Of a DNA stretch of 64,000 nt, positions 26,580-35,464 are shown one piece after another. How positions within the stretch are numbered: position 1 is the stretch's first letter; each line of letters opens with the position of its first letter. The notes beneath the pieces were generated by a model. The model was not told where the DNA came from, searched no databases, and saw only the letters and a list, made by a program, of their open reading frames with translations. Origin of the DNA: Gemmatimonadota bacterium (GTDB lineage Bacteria > Gemmatimonadota > Gemmatimonadetes > Longimicrobiales > Gaopeijiaceae); assembly GCA_028873595.1 (NCBI GenBank), contig JAPPOV010000002.1, positions 40,378-104,377 on the forward strand, in the 5' to 3' direction. A program made the translations under genes and the position numbers.

Positions 26580-26686
26580 GGGGCAGCGGATCGCGTTTCG
26601 TACAGGCGGGGACATCGGGTCTTCTCGGGGTGCCGCGCAGTCCGCTTTCTTGGATACTCAGGGGCGCTAAGGAGTGCGCGATCGAC

Positions 26687-27193
26687 ATGACCGACAGGGC
26701 GAGCGGACCTGATCACATGATCCCCGACCATCCCATGGACCCGCGAGAAGCAGTCAATTCGGCGATTCAGAACCTGGTGGCGTCTCGGCTGGGGCGCGGC
26801 TTCATTCCGCTGGGTCTGCTGTTTGTGTGGGGCTCGGTCGCCATGTTCCGTGGCGGCGAGCTGCTCGTACCGGCCGGTGCAGTGTTGTCGGGTGCCACAA
26901 TGCTCTGCTACGGTCTTCGTATCGTTCAACAGGCGTTCGGGAGACCAGAGCGATCATGGATGGTTCTGGCGTCGGTGGGAGGCGTGATCCCTCCGATCTT
27001 CAGTCTTTACGTGTTCGGATGGCTAGGGCTGCGGGGCTTCACACTGGGCCCGGCCGCCTCCACGATGCTCTCTGCGACCCTGAACACGGTGCTCGGTGTA
27101 TGGACGTTGCGCAGCTGGATGAGGGTGGTCGAGATCGAGGAGCTGGCAAGGATCATGACCGGAAATCTGGACGGAGAGGAAGGCCCGGCGTGA
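26687..27193 (+). CDS. Hypothetical membrane protein
   Basis: Four predicted hydrophobic helices are present (FIPLGLLFVWGSVAMF, GAVLSGATMLCYGL, MVLASVGGVIPPIFSLYVFGWLGL, STMLSATLNTVLGVWTL). The stop overlaps the next start (GTGA). I recognise no family. Confidence 0.45.
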   Translation: MTDRASGPDHMIPDHPMDPREAVNSAIQNLVASRLGRGFIPLGLLFVWGSVAMFRGGELLVPAGAVLSGATMLCYGLRIVQQAFGRPERSWMVLASVGGVIPPIFSLYVFGWLGLRGFTLGPAASTMLSATLNTVLGVWTLRSWMRVVEIEELARIMTGNLDGEEGPA

Positions 27194-28122
27194 CCCGAAC
27201 GACGACATATCTCGTGGCATGTTCGTTGGTACTCACGATGCTGATGCCTCCCATGACCGTGGCACAGCCGGCGCGCCAGGGAATGGTCACTCTGGAGAAC
27301 GCACGACTCTTCTACGAGGTGATCGGCAACGGCGAGCCCATCATCGTCGTTCATGGTGGGCCTGGGTTAGACCACGGGTACCTGCAGCCTGGACTCGATG
27401 CTCTGGCTAGCCGGCATACGCTGGTCTACTACGATCAGCGTGGAACGGGGCGGTCGGCGGCCTCGCTCGATTCCGCGACGATCAACATGGACACGTTCGT
27501 CGAAGACATCGAGGCGCTTCGGCAGACGCTCGGGTTCGGTCGCGTGAGTGTCATGGGGCACTCGTTCGGGGGGCTGATCGCGATGGAGTATGCATTTCGG
27601 CATCCGGAGACCCTGCGCGCCTTGATCCTCATGAATCCGGTCGAACCCGGCACGAAGTATCGTCAGGCGACCGTTGAGCGACAGCGCAGGCGTCAAACGG
27701 CTGAGGACCGGCAAGAGCTCGAGGAGTTGACGCAGAGTGAGGCGTTCGCCGCGCGAGATGCCGCCACGCTCAGCCAGGTGTTCCGTGTGTCCTTTCGTCA
27801 GGTGCTCAAAGATCGAGACCGGATCTTCGAGCTCGAGCTGGATCTACCGAGCGCCACGGCGCATAACGGTCAGGACGTCGCCTTGCTTCTGGGTGGAAGT
27901 CTGGGTCCAATCGACTGGTGGGGCAGGATACCCGAGATCCAGACACCGACCCTGATTCTGCACGGTCGCTACGACGCGCCCCCGATCGACATGTCGAGAG
28001 AACTGGCCGAGACGCTCCCGGTCGGGACTCTGGAGGTTCTGGACGCGGGGCACTTTCCGTATTTGGAAGACCGCGACGGGCTGCTTTCGGCGGTCTCGGG
28101 GTTCTTTGCAGGTCTGCGCTGA
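27190..28122 (+). CDS. Alpha/beta hydrolase, proline iminopeptidase-like, secreted
   Basis: GTG 27190 gives a signal-like TRTTTYLVACSLVLTMLMPPMTVAQP. The oxyanion motif VVHGGPG and the nucleophile elbow GHSFGG follow. The track's 121-codon extension overlaps the previous gene. Confidence 0.85.
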   Translation: MTRTTTYLVACSLVLTMLMPPMTVAQPARQGMVTLENARLFYEVIGNGEPIIVVHGGPGLDHGYLQPGLDALASRHTLVYYDQRGTGRSAASLDSATINMDTFVEDIEALRQTLGFGRVSVMGHSFGGLIAMEYAFRHPETLRALILMNPVEPGTKYRQATVERQRRRQTAEDRQELEELTQSEAFAARDAATLSQVFRVSFRQVLKDRDRIFELELDLPSATAHNGQDVALLLGGSLGPIDWWGRIPEIQTPTLILHGRYDAPPIDMSRELAETLPVGTLEVLDAGHFPYLEDRDGLLSAVSGFFAGLR

Positions 28123-28135
28123 CAGGACGAGCCTT

Positions 28136-28354
28136 ATGGACACCGGAGCCGCCCGCCGAATCTTGATCGTTCTTCTAGGGTATGTCGTCACGGCCTGGGT
28201 GGTGCTGCTCCTTGCTGAGTGGCTTGCTCGCGTCTTTGCGCTGCCTCCCCTCTTCGACACGCTGTTGCGGTGGGGCATCGGACTGGGGCTCCCCGTAGCA
28301 CTGCTGATCGCCTGGAGGTACCCCGAGATCGGACACCATGGCCGTGACCCGTAG
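28136..28354 (+). CDS. Small hypothetical membrane protein (72 aa, two TM segments)
   Basis: The sequence is MDTGAARRILIVLLGYVVTAWVVLLLAEWL...GIGLGLPVALLIAW. The call rests on composition only. Confidence 0.35.
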   Translation: MDTGAARRILIVLLGYVVTAWVVLLLAEWLARVFALPPLFDTLLRWGIGLGLPVALLIAWRYPEIGHHGRDP

Positions 28355-28387
28355 ACCGGGACTTCTGAGCGGAACAGGGAGGCGGTC

Positions 28388-28891
28388 ATGAGTGACGTAA
28401 CGCTGCGCGCGCTCGCGGCTGAGGACTGGCCCTTCGTGCGTGAGATCTATCGCCAGGGAATCGCGAGCGGTGACGCGACCTTTGAGACCGACATACCGGA
28501 GTGGGACATCTGGCACGCGTCGCGCCTCCCGGTCGCACGCATCGTCGCGCTGGAAGGTGATCGCGTGGTCGGTTTTGCCGCGTTGAGCCCGACGTCCGGT
28601 CGAGCCGTGTATGCGGGCGTGGCCGAGGTCATGATCTACGTTGCGCAAGAAGCTCGTGGGCGTGGAATCGGAGGACGGATGATGGATCGTCTCGTCCAGG
28701 AGTCAGAATCCAGCGGCATCTGGACCCTTCAGGCGAGCATCTTTCCCGAGAACGAGGCGTCTATCAACGCACACTTGGGGGCTGGCTTTCGGGAGGTGGG
28801 GCGCCGCGAGCGAATTGCGCGCTTTCACGATGGGCGCTGGCGAGATACGGTCGTACTCGAGCGCCGCAGCCGTTCCGTGGGGAACGATTAG
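28388..28891 (+). CDS. GNAT N-acetyltransferase, phosphinothricin-acetyltransferase-like
   Basis: IYRQGIASGDATFETDIPEW, the acetyl-CoA loop QEARGRGIGGRMMDRLV and IWTLQASIFPENEASINAH are present. Confidence 0.9.
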   Translation: MSDVTLRALAAEDWPFVREIYRQGIASGDATFETDIPEWDIWHASRLPVARIVALEGDRVVGFAALSPTSGRAVYAGVAEVMIYVAQEARGRGIGGRMMDRLVQESESSGIWTLQASIFPENEASINAHLGAGFREVGRRERIARFHDGRWRDTVVLERRSRSVGND

Positions 28892-28946
28892 TCGCGATCC
28901 GGGAGCGATACCCTCGACCCGCCGCAGACGGTATCGCTTGGTTACC

Positions 28947-29843
28947 TCAAGGTGAGATACTTGCGGAGTACCGGGTCGTGAAGGCGATGAACCTGGATAT
29001 CTCCGTCATATCCCGTCCGACGAAACGGATCGTGTGAGCGTCGACCCGGTCGACATTCGGCAGGTAGGCCATCACCTCTGCCGGCATGTAGTTCTTGAAG
29101 CTGATCTCGAGCTCGACTGGGCCTTCCATGACATACGGTTCGAAGTCATCAAGCCGGCCCAGGGCCGCGCGTACACGTTCGCCAATGAGCGCATAGGAGG
29201 CCTCTGGCATGATGGTGCGGGCCGAGTGGAAGCCGTAGTTCCACTTCACGACGGCTCCCTCCATGTCGCCGATCACCCTCCGAGCCTCCTCGATCGTGGC
29301 GTCGTCTCCGGAAATCATGATGACAGGGACGCCGAAGTCACCCGCGATGGCCGCGTTGATGCTCGCCTCCATCATCTCGACGCCGTTGATTCGCACGGCG
29401 GTCAGGTTTGCACTCGAGATCGTGTGGGCACGGACCCCTTCGGTGTTGCTCGTGCTGGCGTGATAGCCGATGAAGATGGCCGCGTCGAAGGTCTCGTCGA
29501 TCCCTTCCATCATCATGAGGGGCCGGGGCCACGCTCGGATCAGCTGGATGTCCTCGGGAAGTTGCTCGAGGAGAAGGTTCTCTCCGTTTCCGTGGGAGTC
29601 GGAGACGAGGATTTCCGTCGCACCCATCTCTCGGGCGGCCGCGATCGCAGCGTTGACCTCATGAGTCATGAACTGCCGAAAACGACCGTACTCGAACCCA
29701 CCGGGCCCCAGCTGGTCGCCTGTGACGACACCCACGACGCCCTCAAGGTCCGCGGATATATACACCTTGAGGCCATCCTGGGCTGAAGCCGCGGTGGAGA
29801 AAACGAGGGACAATGCGGCGGCGGTAAGCAGGATACGCTTCAT
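28947..29843 (-). CDS. D-aminopeptidase DppA family (peptidase M55) with signal peptide
   Basis: The internal ATG at 29843 gives MKRILLTAAALSLVFSTAASAQD followed by VYISADLEGVVGV and ILVSDSHGNG, which are M55 hallmarks. The remainder of track ORF 28947..30587 is an out-of-context upstream extension across the next gene. Confidence 0.85.
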   Translation of the reverse strand: MKRILLTAAALSLVFSTAASAQDGLKVYISADLEGVVGVVTGDQLGPGGFEYGRFRQFMTHEVNAAIAAAREMGATEILVSDSHGNGENLLLEQLPEDIQLIRAWPRPLMMMEGIDETFDAAIFIGYHASTSNTEGVRAHTISSANLTAVRINGVEMMEASINAAIAGDFGVPVIMISGDDATIEEARRVIGDMEGAVVKWNYGFHSARTIMPEASYALIGERVRAALGRLDDFEPYVMEGPVELEISFKNYMPAEVMAYLPNVDRVDAHTIRFVGRDMTEISRFIAFTTRYSASISP

Positions 29844-29866
29844 GCTGGGCTTCCGTGTTCTGAAGG

Positions 29867-30862
29867 TCATGATGTCGTAGAGGCACGCGCTGCGGCTGCG
29901 TATGTCTGGATGATCTCGGCGGCAGGCAAGACTCGATGGACACCGGCGACAGAACGCCCGGCCTGCCAGTATTCCGTGTCGCCCCGGATGTCGAACGCGG
30001 TCCGCTTCAGCATCCAGGCAGACTTGAGTGCATAGAGGCTGCGCATCCAGTGCTTGGTCTTTCGTCCCCGAAGCATACGCCGAGCCAGAGGGCCGGCCCT
30101 CAGGCCGAGTCGCTGCACGTAGGGCGTGTTGATCACCGCAACGGGCACGCCGGTGAGCCGTTCCGTCAGGACGATGTCGTCTTCGGTGGCCTCGATAATT
30201 GCCTGTTTGTACGGCTCGCTCGCTCGGCATTCTTCGGTGGCGATGAAGCGGGTGCCCATCTGAACGCCCGCGTACCCCATCGAGAGGGCGGCTACGAAGT
30301 CGTCGGGTGTACCGATCCCACCGGCACACACCACGGGGAGTCCAAGGTCTCCCACCTCGTCGAGTAGCTGGCGTGCGGGCTTCGGTCCAGCGTGCCCACC
30401 CGCTCGACGGTTCACGGCAATGAGGCCGTGGACTCCGGAATCCAACGCCTTTTCGGCCCACTTTCGCTCTGTCACGTCGTGGTAGACGGTACCACCCACG
30501 GCGGTCACGCGGTCCACGACCCAGCGCGGCTTCCCCAGTGATGTGATGAAGAAGCGCACGCCCTCTTCCAATGCGATCTCGATCCACTGTTCCATTCTCT
30601 TCCGATACGTCTCCGACGACGCCTCGATCAGGGCGTTCATGCCGATGGGTCGATCCGTGATCGAACGAATGGCCTTCAATCCCTCACGGAAGTCGAGCCC
30701 GAAGACGTATGTGAGTGTCACGGGCTGTACGACGCCGAGGCCGCCGGCCGCGGACGCCGCGGCGACGAGCTCCACGTTGGAGCAGGGGTACATTGGACCG
30801 CAGATGAGGGGGATGTCGATTCCGGCGTCTCTGGAGAGCTCCGTGTCCAATACGTCGGCCAT
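29867..30862 (-). CDS. NAD(P)H-dependent flavin oxidoreductase, nitronate monooxygenase / FabK-like family
   Basis: The start at 30862 gives MADVLDTELSRDAGIDIPLICGPMYPCSNVELVAAASAAGGLGVV. PVVCAGGIGTPDD follows. This is a TIM-barrel NMO signature. Confidence 0.85.
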   Translation of the reverse strand: MADVLDTELSRDAGIDIPLICGPMYPCSNVELVAAASAAGGLGVVQPVTLTYVFGLDFREGLKAIRSITDRPIGMNALIEASSETYRKRMEQWIEIALEEGVRFFITSLGKPRWVVDRVTAVGGTVYHDVTERKWAEKALDSGVHGLIAVNRRAGGHAGPKPARQLLDEVGDLGLPVVCAGGIGTPDDFVAALSMGYAGVQMGTRFIATEECRASEPYKQAIIEATEDDIVLTERLTGVPVAVINTPYVQRLGLRAGPLARRMLRGRKTKHWMRSLYALKSAWMLKRTAFDIRGDTEYWQAGRSVAGVHRVLPAAEIIQTYAAAARASTTS

Positions 30863-31350
30863 CAGCAGCTCCGGGCGCGGCCGACTCGCCAGCGGGCGGT
30901 CACGATTGCGACCACGTCTCCGTCTTCGTCCCGAATTGTCGCTTCTACGGGGTGATCGATCGAGTCGACGACCTCGGGGATGGTACACATCGCTTCTGCG
31001 ACGAGCGGGCCGCGAGCCTTCTTCGTGTACCGAATGTCCAGCCCGGTGAGGATGGCCCGCAAGTCCGAGCCGAGGCCGCTGATGAGGGACAGTCCCGTAA
31101 CGAGCTCACCGACGTTGGCCAGCGCGATCGCATGGACCGAGCGCAGGTGGTTGCGTACCCGTCGCCGGTCACGCATCAGGACGCGTGCGTGTCCAGGCTC
31201 GAACTCAAGGACCGTGCTTCGGATCGAGTTCGTATACGGTACCATCAGCCCGAGGAGCCGTGAGAAGATCCAACGTCCGCCGGGCAGGGGTGAGAGGGTT
31301 GACCACATGCTCTTCAGGCGGTCCCCCGGGGTTTCGTTGATTCGAGCCAT
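30862..31350 (-). CDS. Hotdog-fold thioesterase-like protein (PaaI/DUF4442-like)
   Basis: The product is ~162 aa from ATG 31350, with HAIALANVGELVTG and a C-terminal beta-rich part. It shares 1 nt with the next gene's start. The family name is tentative. Confidence 0.65.
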   Translation of the reverse strand: MARINETPGDRLKSMWSTLSPLPGGRWIFSRLLGLMVPYTNSIRSTVLEFEPGHARVLMRDRRRVRNHLRSVHAIALANVGELVTGLSLISGLGSDLRAILTGLDIRYTKKARGPLVAEAMCTIPEVVDSIDHPVEATIRDEDGDVVAIVTARWRVGRARSC

Positions 31351-31469
31351 GGGCCACAGGTCAGGTGGAAGGGTTGGGCCAATCATCTGGCCCGCGAGGT
31401 CGAGAAGCAACGCTGCGGAAGGATTCGTGCACCTGAAGCGTACGGATTACTGCCAAAGCGCGAACTCGA

Positions 31470-31766
31470 GTGGATCTGAAGACGGTGACGGACTTCCTGC
31501 AATGGTGGATCGGGGCGATCGTGTGGCTCGTCGCGAATGTGGTATACGTGGACATGAAGCGAAAAGGTGTCTACGGCCTCACTCGCTTTGCCGCATTTTG
31601 GGCGGGCACTCCCACAACGTGGGTCTCGTTGTTCGCCGTTCCAGATGGTCAGCAGCCCACGTTTGAGCGCCCTGATGATGATGACACGACCCTACTCGAC
31701 GAGATCCGGCAGGATCGAGCGCTTCGGGGGGAATCCGTGCACGAGGGGGAGGAAGTCACGGACTGA
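31470..31766 (+). CDS. Small hypothetical membrane protein with acidic tail
   Basis: Two hydrophobic segments (WWIGAIVWLVANVVYV, FAAFWAGTPTTWVSLFAV) are followed by an Asp/Glu-rich tail. I recognise no family. Confidence 0.4.
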   Translation: MDLKTVTDFLQWWIGAIVWLVANVVYVDMKRKGVYGLTRFAAFWAGTPTTWVSLFAVPDGQQPTFERPDDDDTTLLDEIRQDRALRGESVHEGEEVTD

Positions 31767-31781
31767 TCCCGGGGACCGCGT

Positions 31782-33179
31782 GTGACCGAGACGCCGCACC
31801 GCACGGAGATTTCACTCCATGCGTACCGCCCGGAGGCGGATGATCTCCGCATTCTGCTCGGGCTCGCTGCTCCGGTCACGTTGGTTCAGGTCGGTCTGAT
31901 GTCGATGGGGGCCGTCGACACGGTGATGGTTGGTCGTGTGTCTGCCGTCGACCTGGCAGCGGTCGCAATCGGTAACTTGTACTTCTTCATCATGGCGATC
32001 TTCGGCCAGGGCGTGCTCTACGCTCTGGATCCGGTGATCGCGCAAGCCGTAGGTGCACGCGATACCGCTGGCGTGGCCCGCGGGGTTCAGCGCGGGTTGA
32101 TCCTGGCTGTCATTCTGGCGTCTGTTGCGATGTTGCTCCTGGTCCCGGCCGGACCGCTGCTTACGCTCGCACGCCAGCCGAGCGAGGTGGTCCCGATTGC
32201 CGACGCCTACGCGAACGGCCTTATCCTGGGTGTCATTCCGTTCTACGCGTTCGCCGTCTTCCGGCAGAGTCTTCAGGCCATGGGGAGCGTGCGTCCGATC
32301 GTTCTAACCGTCCTCGCGGCGAATGTGCTCAACGTCGGCTTGAATTGGGTTTTGATTTTCGGAAACCTTGGCGCGCCAAAGCTCGGTGCGGTCGGGTCCG
32401 CGTGGGGCACCAGTGTCAGTCGCTGGTTTCTGGTCTTCCTCGTAGGAGGGCTCGCCTGGTCTCAACTACGACCGACGCTTCACCCGTGGCGGCGTGACTC
32501 ATTCGCGTGGACGCCTCTTCTTCGTTTCCTGCGCGTCGGTGCCCCGATCGGAGGTCAGCAGTTCCTCGAATTCGGGGTGTTCGGCGCTGCAGGGCTCCTG
32601 ATGGGTCTGCTCGGTACCATCGCCGTGGCCAGTCACCAGGTCGCCCTCCAACTGGCCGCCATCACCTTCATGATCCCGGTCGGAGTCGCCCAGGCAACCA
32701 GCGTCGTGGTCGGGCAGGCGGTGGGCCGAGGCGATCCGGGGGCTGGCCGCCGGGCGGTTGGGGCCGGCCTGATGGTCGTCACGGGAGCCATGGCGGTCAC
32801 TGCCGTGGCCTTTATCACCATCCCCGAGCCTCTGGCTCGTATCTTTTCGAACGATGTGGTGGTCGTGTCGGCCGCAGCGGCGCTTCTTCCCATCGCGGGC
32901 GTCTTCCAGATCTTCGACGGACTGCAAGTCGCGGCCGCGGGTGCCCTGCGAGGCGTTGGAGACACGCGTGTCCCCATGCTCCTCAACCTGCTCGGATTCT
33001 GGTGCATAGGACTGCCCGTGTCCGCGCTGCTCGGCTTCCCCCTCGGGGTAGGCCCACAAGGTGTGTGGTGGGGTCTTGCCACCGGGATCGGAGTCGTGGC
33101 GATCCTGCTCCTGTTCCGTGTTCGACGCCGGTTCGGACGGTCGCTCCGGCGCCTCGTCATCGACGACAACGACACCTAG
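31782..33179 (+). CDS. MATE family efflux transporter
   Basis: The product is 465 aa with 12 TM segments and an internally duplicated MatE pattern (LLGLAAPVTLVQVGLMSMGAVDTVMVGR...; second half LRVGAPIGGQQFLEFGVF...). Confidence 0.9.
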   Translation: MTETPHRTEISLHAYRPEADDLRILLGLAAPVTLVQVGLMSMGAVDTVMVGRVSAVDLAAVAIGNLYFFIMAIFGQGVLYALDPVIAQAVGARDTAGVARGVQRGLILAVILASVAMLLLVPAGPLLTLARQPSEVVPIADAYANGLILGVIPFYAFAVFRQSLQAMGSVRPIVLTVLAANVLNVGLNWVLIFGNLGAPKLGAVGSAWGTSVSRWFLVFLVGGLAWSQLRPTLHPWRRDSFAWTPLLRFLRVGAPIGGQQFLEFGVFGAAGLLMGLLGTIAVASHQVALQLAAITFMIPVGVAQATSVVVGQAVGRGDPGAGRRAVGAGLMVVTGAMAVTAVAFITIPEPLARIFSNDVVVVSAAAALLPIAGVFQIFDGLQVAAAGALRGVGDTRVPMLLNLLGFWCIGLPVSALLGFPLGVGPQGVWWGLATGIGVVAILLLFRVRRRFGRSLRRLVIDDNDT

Positions 33180-33188
33180 GTTTGCGGC

Positions 33189-33743
33189 ATGTCATTCATA
33201 TTCGAGCGACTCTCGATTCGCGACGTTCTCGCGATCCGTCCGGAAGCCCATCTCGACGATCGGGGCTTCTTCAAGGAGATCTATCGCCACGAGACCTTTG
33301 CCGAGGCGGGGATCGATCACGGCTTTGTGCAGGACAATGTGACGCGCTCGGTGCGTGGAGCACTTCGGGGGCTGCATTACCAGCTGCCGCCTGCGGCTCA
33401 GGGGAAGCTGATCGGTGTCGTGCAGGGCCGTATTTTCGATGTCGCCGTCGACCTTCGGCGCGGAGGCCCAACGTTCGGAAAGGTGGTCACACGCACGCTC
33501 GACGTGGAAACGGGCGAGATGCTTTGGGTTCCGCCGGGCTTTGCGCACGGATACTGTGTCCTTTCCGAGACGGCCGACGTTCTGTACAAGGTGACGGATT
33601 ACTTCGTACCGGAACTCAGTCGTGGCATTCGATGGGACGATCGGACGCTCGGGATTCAGTGGCCGATCGATGACCCGATACTGTCCGATGCCGACCGGCG
33701 GCAGCCGTTCTTCGAGCGCTGTGAGAACCCATTTCGAATCTGA
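33189..33743 (+). CDS. rfbC: dTDP-4-dehydrorhamnose 3,5-epimerase
   Basis: D.RGFF.E, LRGLHYQLPPAAQGKLIGVVQGRIFDVAVDLR and WVPPGFAHGY are present. The product is 184 aa. Confidence 0.9.
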   Translation: MSFIFERLSIRDVLAIRPEAHLDDRGFFKEIYRHETFAEAGIDHGFVQDNVTRSVRGALRGLHYQLPPAAQGKLIGVVQGRIFDVAVDLRRGGPTFGKVVTRTLDVETGEMLWVPPGFAHGYCVLSETADVLYKVTDYFVPELSRGIRWDDRTLGIQWPIDDPILSDADRRQPFFERCENPFRI

Positions 33744-33764
33744 GATGGTGGTCAGCACGATGGC

Positions 33765-34481
33765 ATGCGTGCGGCCCGAGCGCATGAGACCGTGACCCGT
33801 ATCGACCCTGCGACGGGCGGTGTAGAGCACCACCTGCCTGTCGAGAGGACCGCTCGCTACTGGACGCTCGGTGAGGCAGGCTCTGCCGAAGAGGTCTGGA
33901 TCGTCCTGCATGGCTACAAACAGCTCGCTCGGCGTTTCCTGCGCCGGTTCAAACCCATCGATGATGGGCGCCGATTCATCGTGGCGCCCGAGGCGCTGTC
34001 CCGTTTCTACGTCTCTTCAGGCGAGGGCCGTCATGGGGTCGCGTCGGTGGTCGGAGCGACGTGGATGACACGTGAGGATCGCCACTCCGAGATTCGCGAC
34101 TATGTCCGTTATCTCGACCGGCTCGCTGCGCATGTCGGTGGCCTGACCGGAGACGTGCCGGTCACGGTACTCGGCTTCAGTCAGGGTGTCGCTACGGCCA
34201 CCCGATGGAGCACCCACGGGTCGATACTGCCGGCGCGGTTGATTCTCTGGGGTGACTTCTCTCCGCCGGATCTGGATCTCGCCCTGGCGAGCCGGCGGCT
34301 GGAGGCGGTCGATGTAGTCATGGTTCGTGGGGCCGAGGATCCTGCACTGTCACCCAGGCTTGCTCAGGAGGAGATCGACCGCCTGGAGTCGGCAGGGATC
34401 GCGTATCGGACGATCCGCTACTCGGGCGGGCACGACATCGACGCGAAGACCCTTTCAGACCTCGCGGCGGCGCCTCGCTGA
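33765..34481 (+). CDS. Alpha/beta hydrolase, phospholipase/carboxylesterase-like
   Basis: VWIVLHGYKQ, the nucleophile elbow GFSQGV and C-terminal GGHDI are present. Confidence 0.7.
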   Translation: MRAARAHETVTRIDPATGGVEHHLPVERTARYWTLGEAGSAEEVWIVLHGYKQLARRFLRRFKPIDDGRRFIVAPEALSRFYVSSGEGRHGVASVVGATWMTREDRHSEIRDYVRYLDRLAAHVGGLTGDVPVTVLGFSQGVATATRWSTHGSILPARLILWGDFSPPDLDLALASRRLEAVDVVMVRGAEDPALSPRLAQEEIDRLESAGIAYRTIRYSGGHDIDAKTLSDLAAAPR

Positions 34482-34510
34482 GAAACGGTCCTGACCGTCC
34501 TGGGCGGATC

Positions 34511-35464
34511 CTATGTGTCCGTCAGGAAGTCACCGATGAACGAGATCTCGGTCGTGAGCTGGTGACCGGTTTCGCGCGCGACGGTTTCACGGGCCAGATC
34601 GATCAAGGTGCGAACGTCCGACGCGGTGGCTCCCCCGTGATTCACGATGATGTTGGCGTGTCGGTGAAAGATCCCGGCTCCACCGTGCACACGCCCTTTG
34701 AGGCCGCACTCGTCGATCAGCCTGCCTGCACCAATGCCTTCGATCTTCTGAAAGATCGAGCCCGCGCTGGGATAGAGCCAAAGATCAGGGTGCCGATCGT
34801 CTCTCCACCGGAGATTCGCCCGCATGACCTTACGCAGATCATCGATCGGCTGGTCCACGAGTTGGAACGTGGCCGACAGGACGATGTCCGCTCGGTGGTG
34901 CAGGACGCTTTCGTCGTATCCGAACTGGAAATAGGCGACACTGACCGTGACGCGCTCTCCCTCCTCGGTGAGCAACTCTGCAGAGTCGAGAACTTCTTCG
35001 ATGAACACGGTCCGGTCCCGGTCCGGGGCCAGGAAGTGGAGGTTCTGCCAGAGTGCTCCACCCACGGTGCTGGGAATTCCGACGAAGTGGTGCAGGCCGC
35101 CGAGGCCCCGGGCAACGGTCTCGTTGATGAGATCCGGGTACATCTCGACGCCGGAGCCCGCGCGCACACGTCCATTCTCAAGGAAGTCGATCCCGCCGAC
35201 CTCGCTACGAATCACCAGTCCCCGGAAGCCGCCGTCGCCGACGAGGATGTTCGCGCCGTGCCCGAGAAGAAACCACGGAATCTCAAGTTCCCGGGCGACG
35301 GACACTGCCCGCACGAGTTCGTCGGCCGATCGTGCGCGTACGAGGTAATCGGCGGGACCGCCGATCCTGAACGTCGTGAGTGGCGCGAGGGGGATATCGA
35401 CTTCGACGACGAGGGGTGCGAGTGCAGCCTCAAGGTGTGGGCGCAGGTCGTCCAGTGGTCTCAT
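34511..35464 (-). CDS. murB: UDP-N-acetylenolpyruvoylglucosamine reductase
   Basis: The internal ATG at 35464 gives MRPLDDLRPHLE...PLAPLTTFRIGGPADYLV, the FAD-binding MurB signature, and a 317 aa product. The upstream 65 codons of the track ORF are not protein-like. Confidence 0.9.
   Translation of the reverse strand: MRPLDDLRPHLEAALAPLVVEVDIPLAPLTTFRIGGPADYLVRARSADELVRAVSVARELEIPWFLLGHGANILVGDGGFRGLVIRSEVGGIDFLENGRVRAGSGVEMYPDLINETVARGLGGLHHFVGIPSTVGGALWQNLHFLAPDRDRTVFIEEVLDSAELLTEEGERVTVSVAYFQFGYDESVLHHRADIVLSATFQLVDQPIDDLRKVMRANLRWRDDRHPDLWLYPSAGSIFQKIEGIGAGRLIDECGLKGRVHGGAGIFHRHANIIVNHGGATASDVRTLIDLARETVARETGHQLTTEISFIGDFLTDT

Noticed and set aside
28947-30587. 5' extensions of track ORFs that would make much longer proteins. 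Affected ORFs: 28947..30587, 36461..38935, 13817..14995, 34511..35659, 20151..21893, 26827..28122, 49046..50182, 51932..53185, 18855..19568, 1365..2036.
   Set aside because: In each case the extension overlaps the preceding gene or is compositionally non-protein-like. An internal ATG/GTG gives a normal-length protein, with a signal peptide or conserved N-terminus and often an ATGA/GTGA overlap with the upstream stop.
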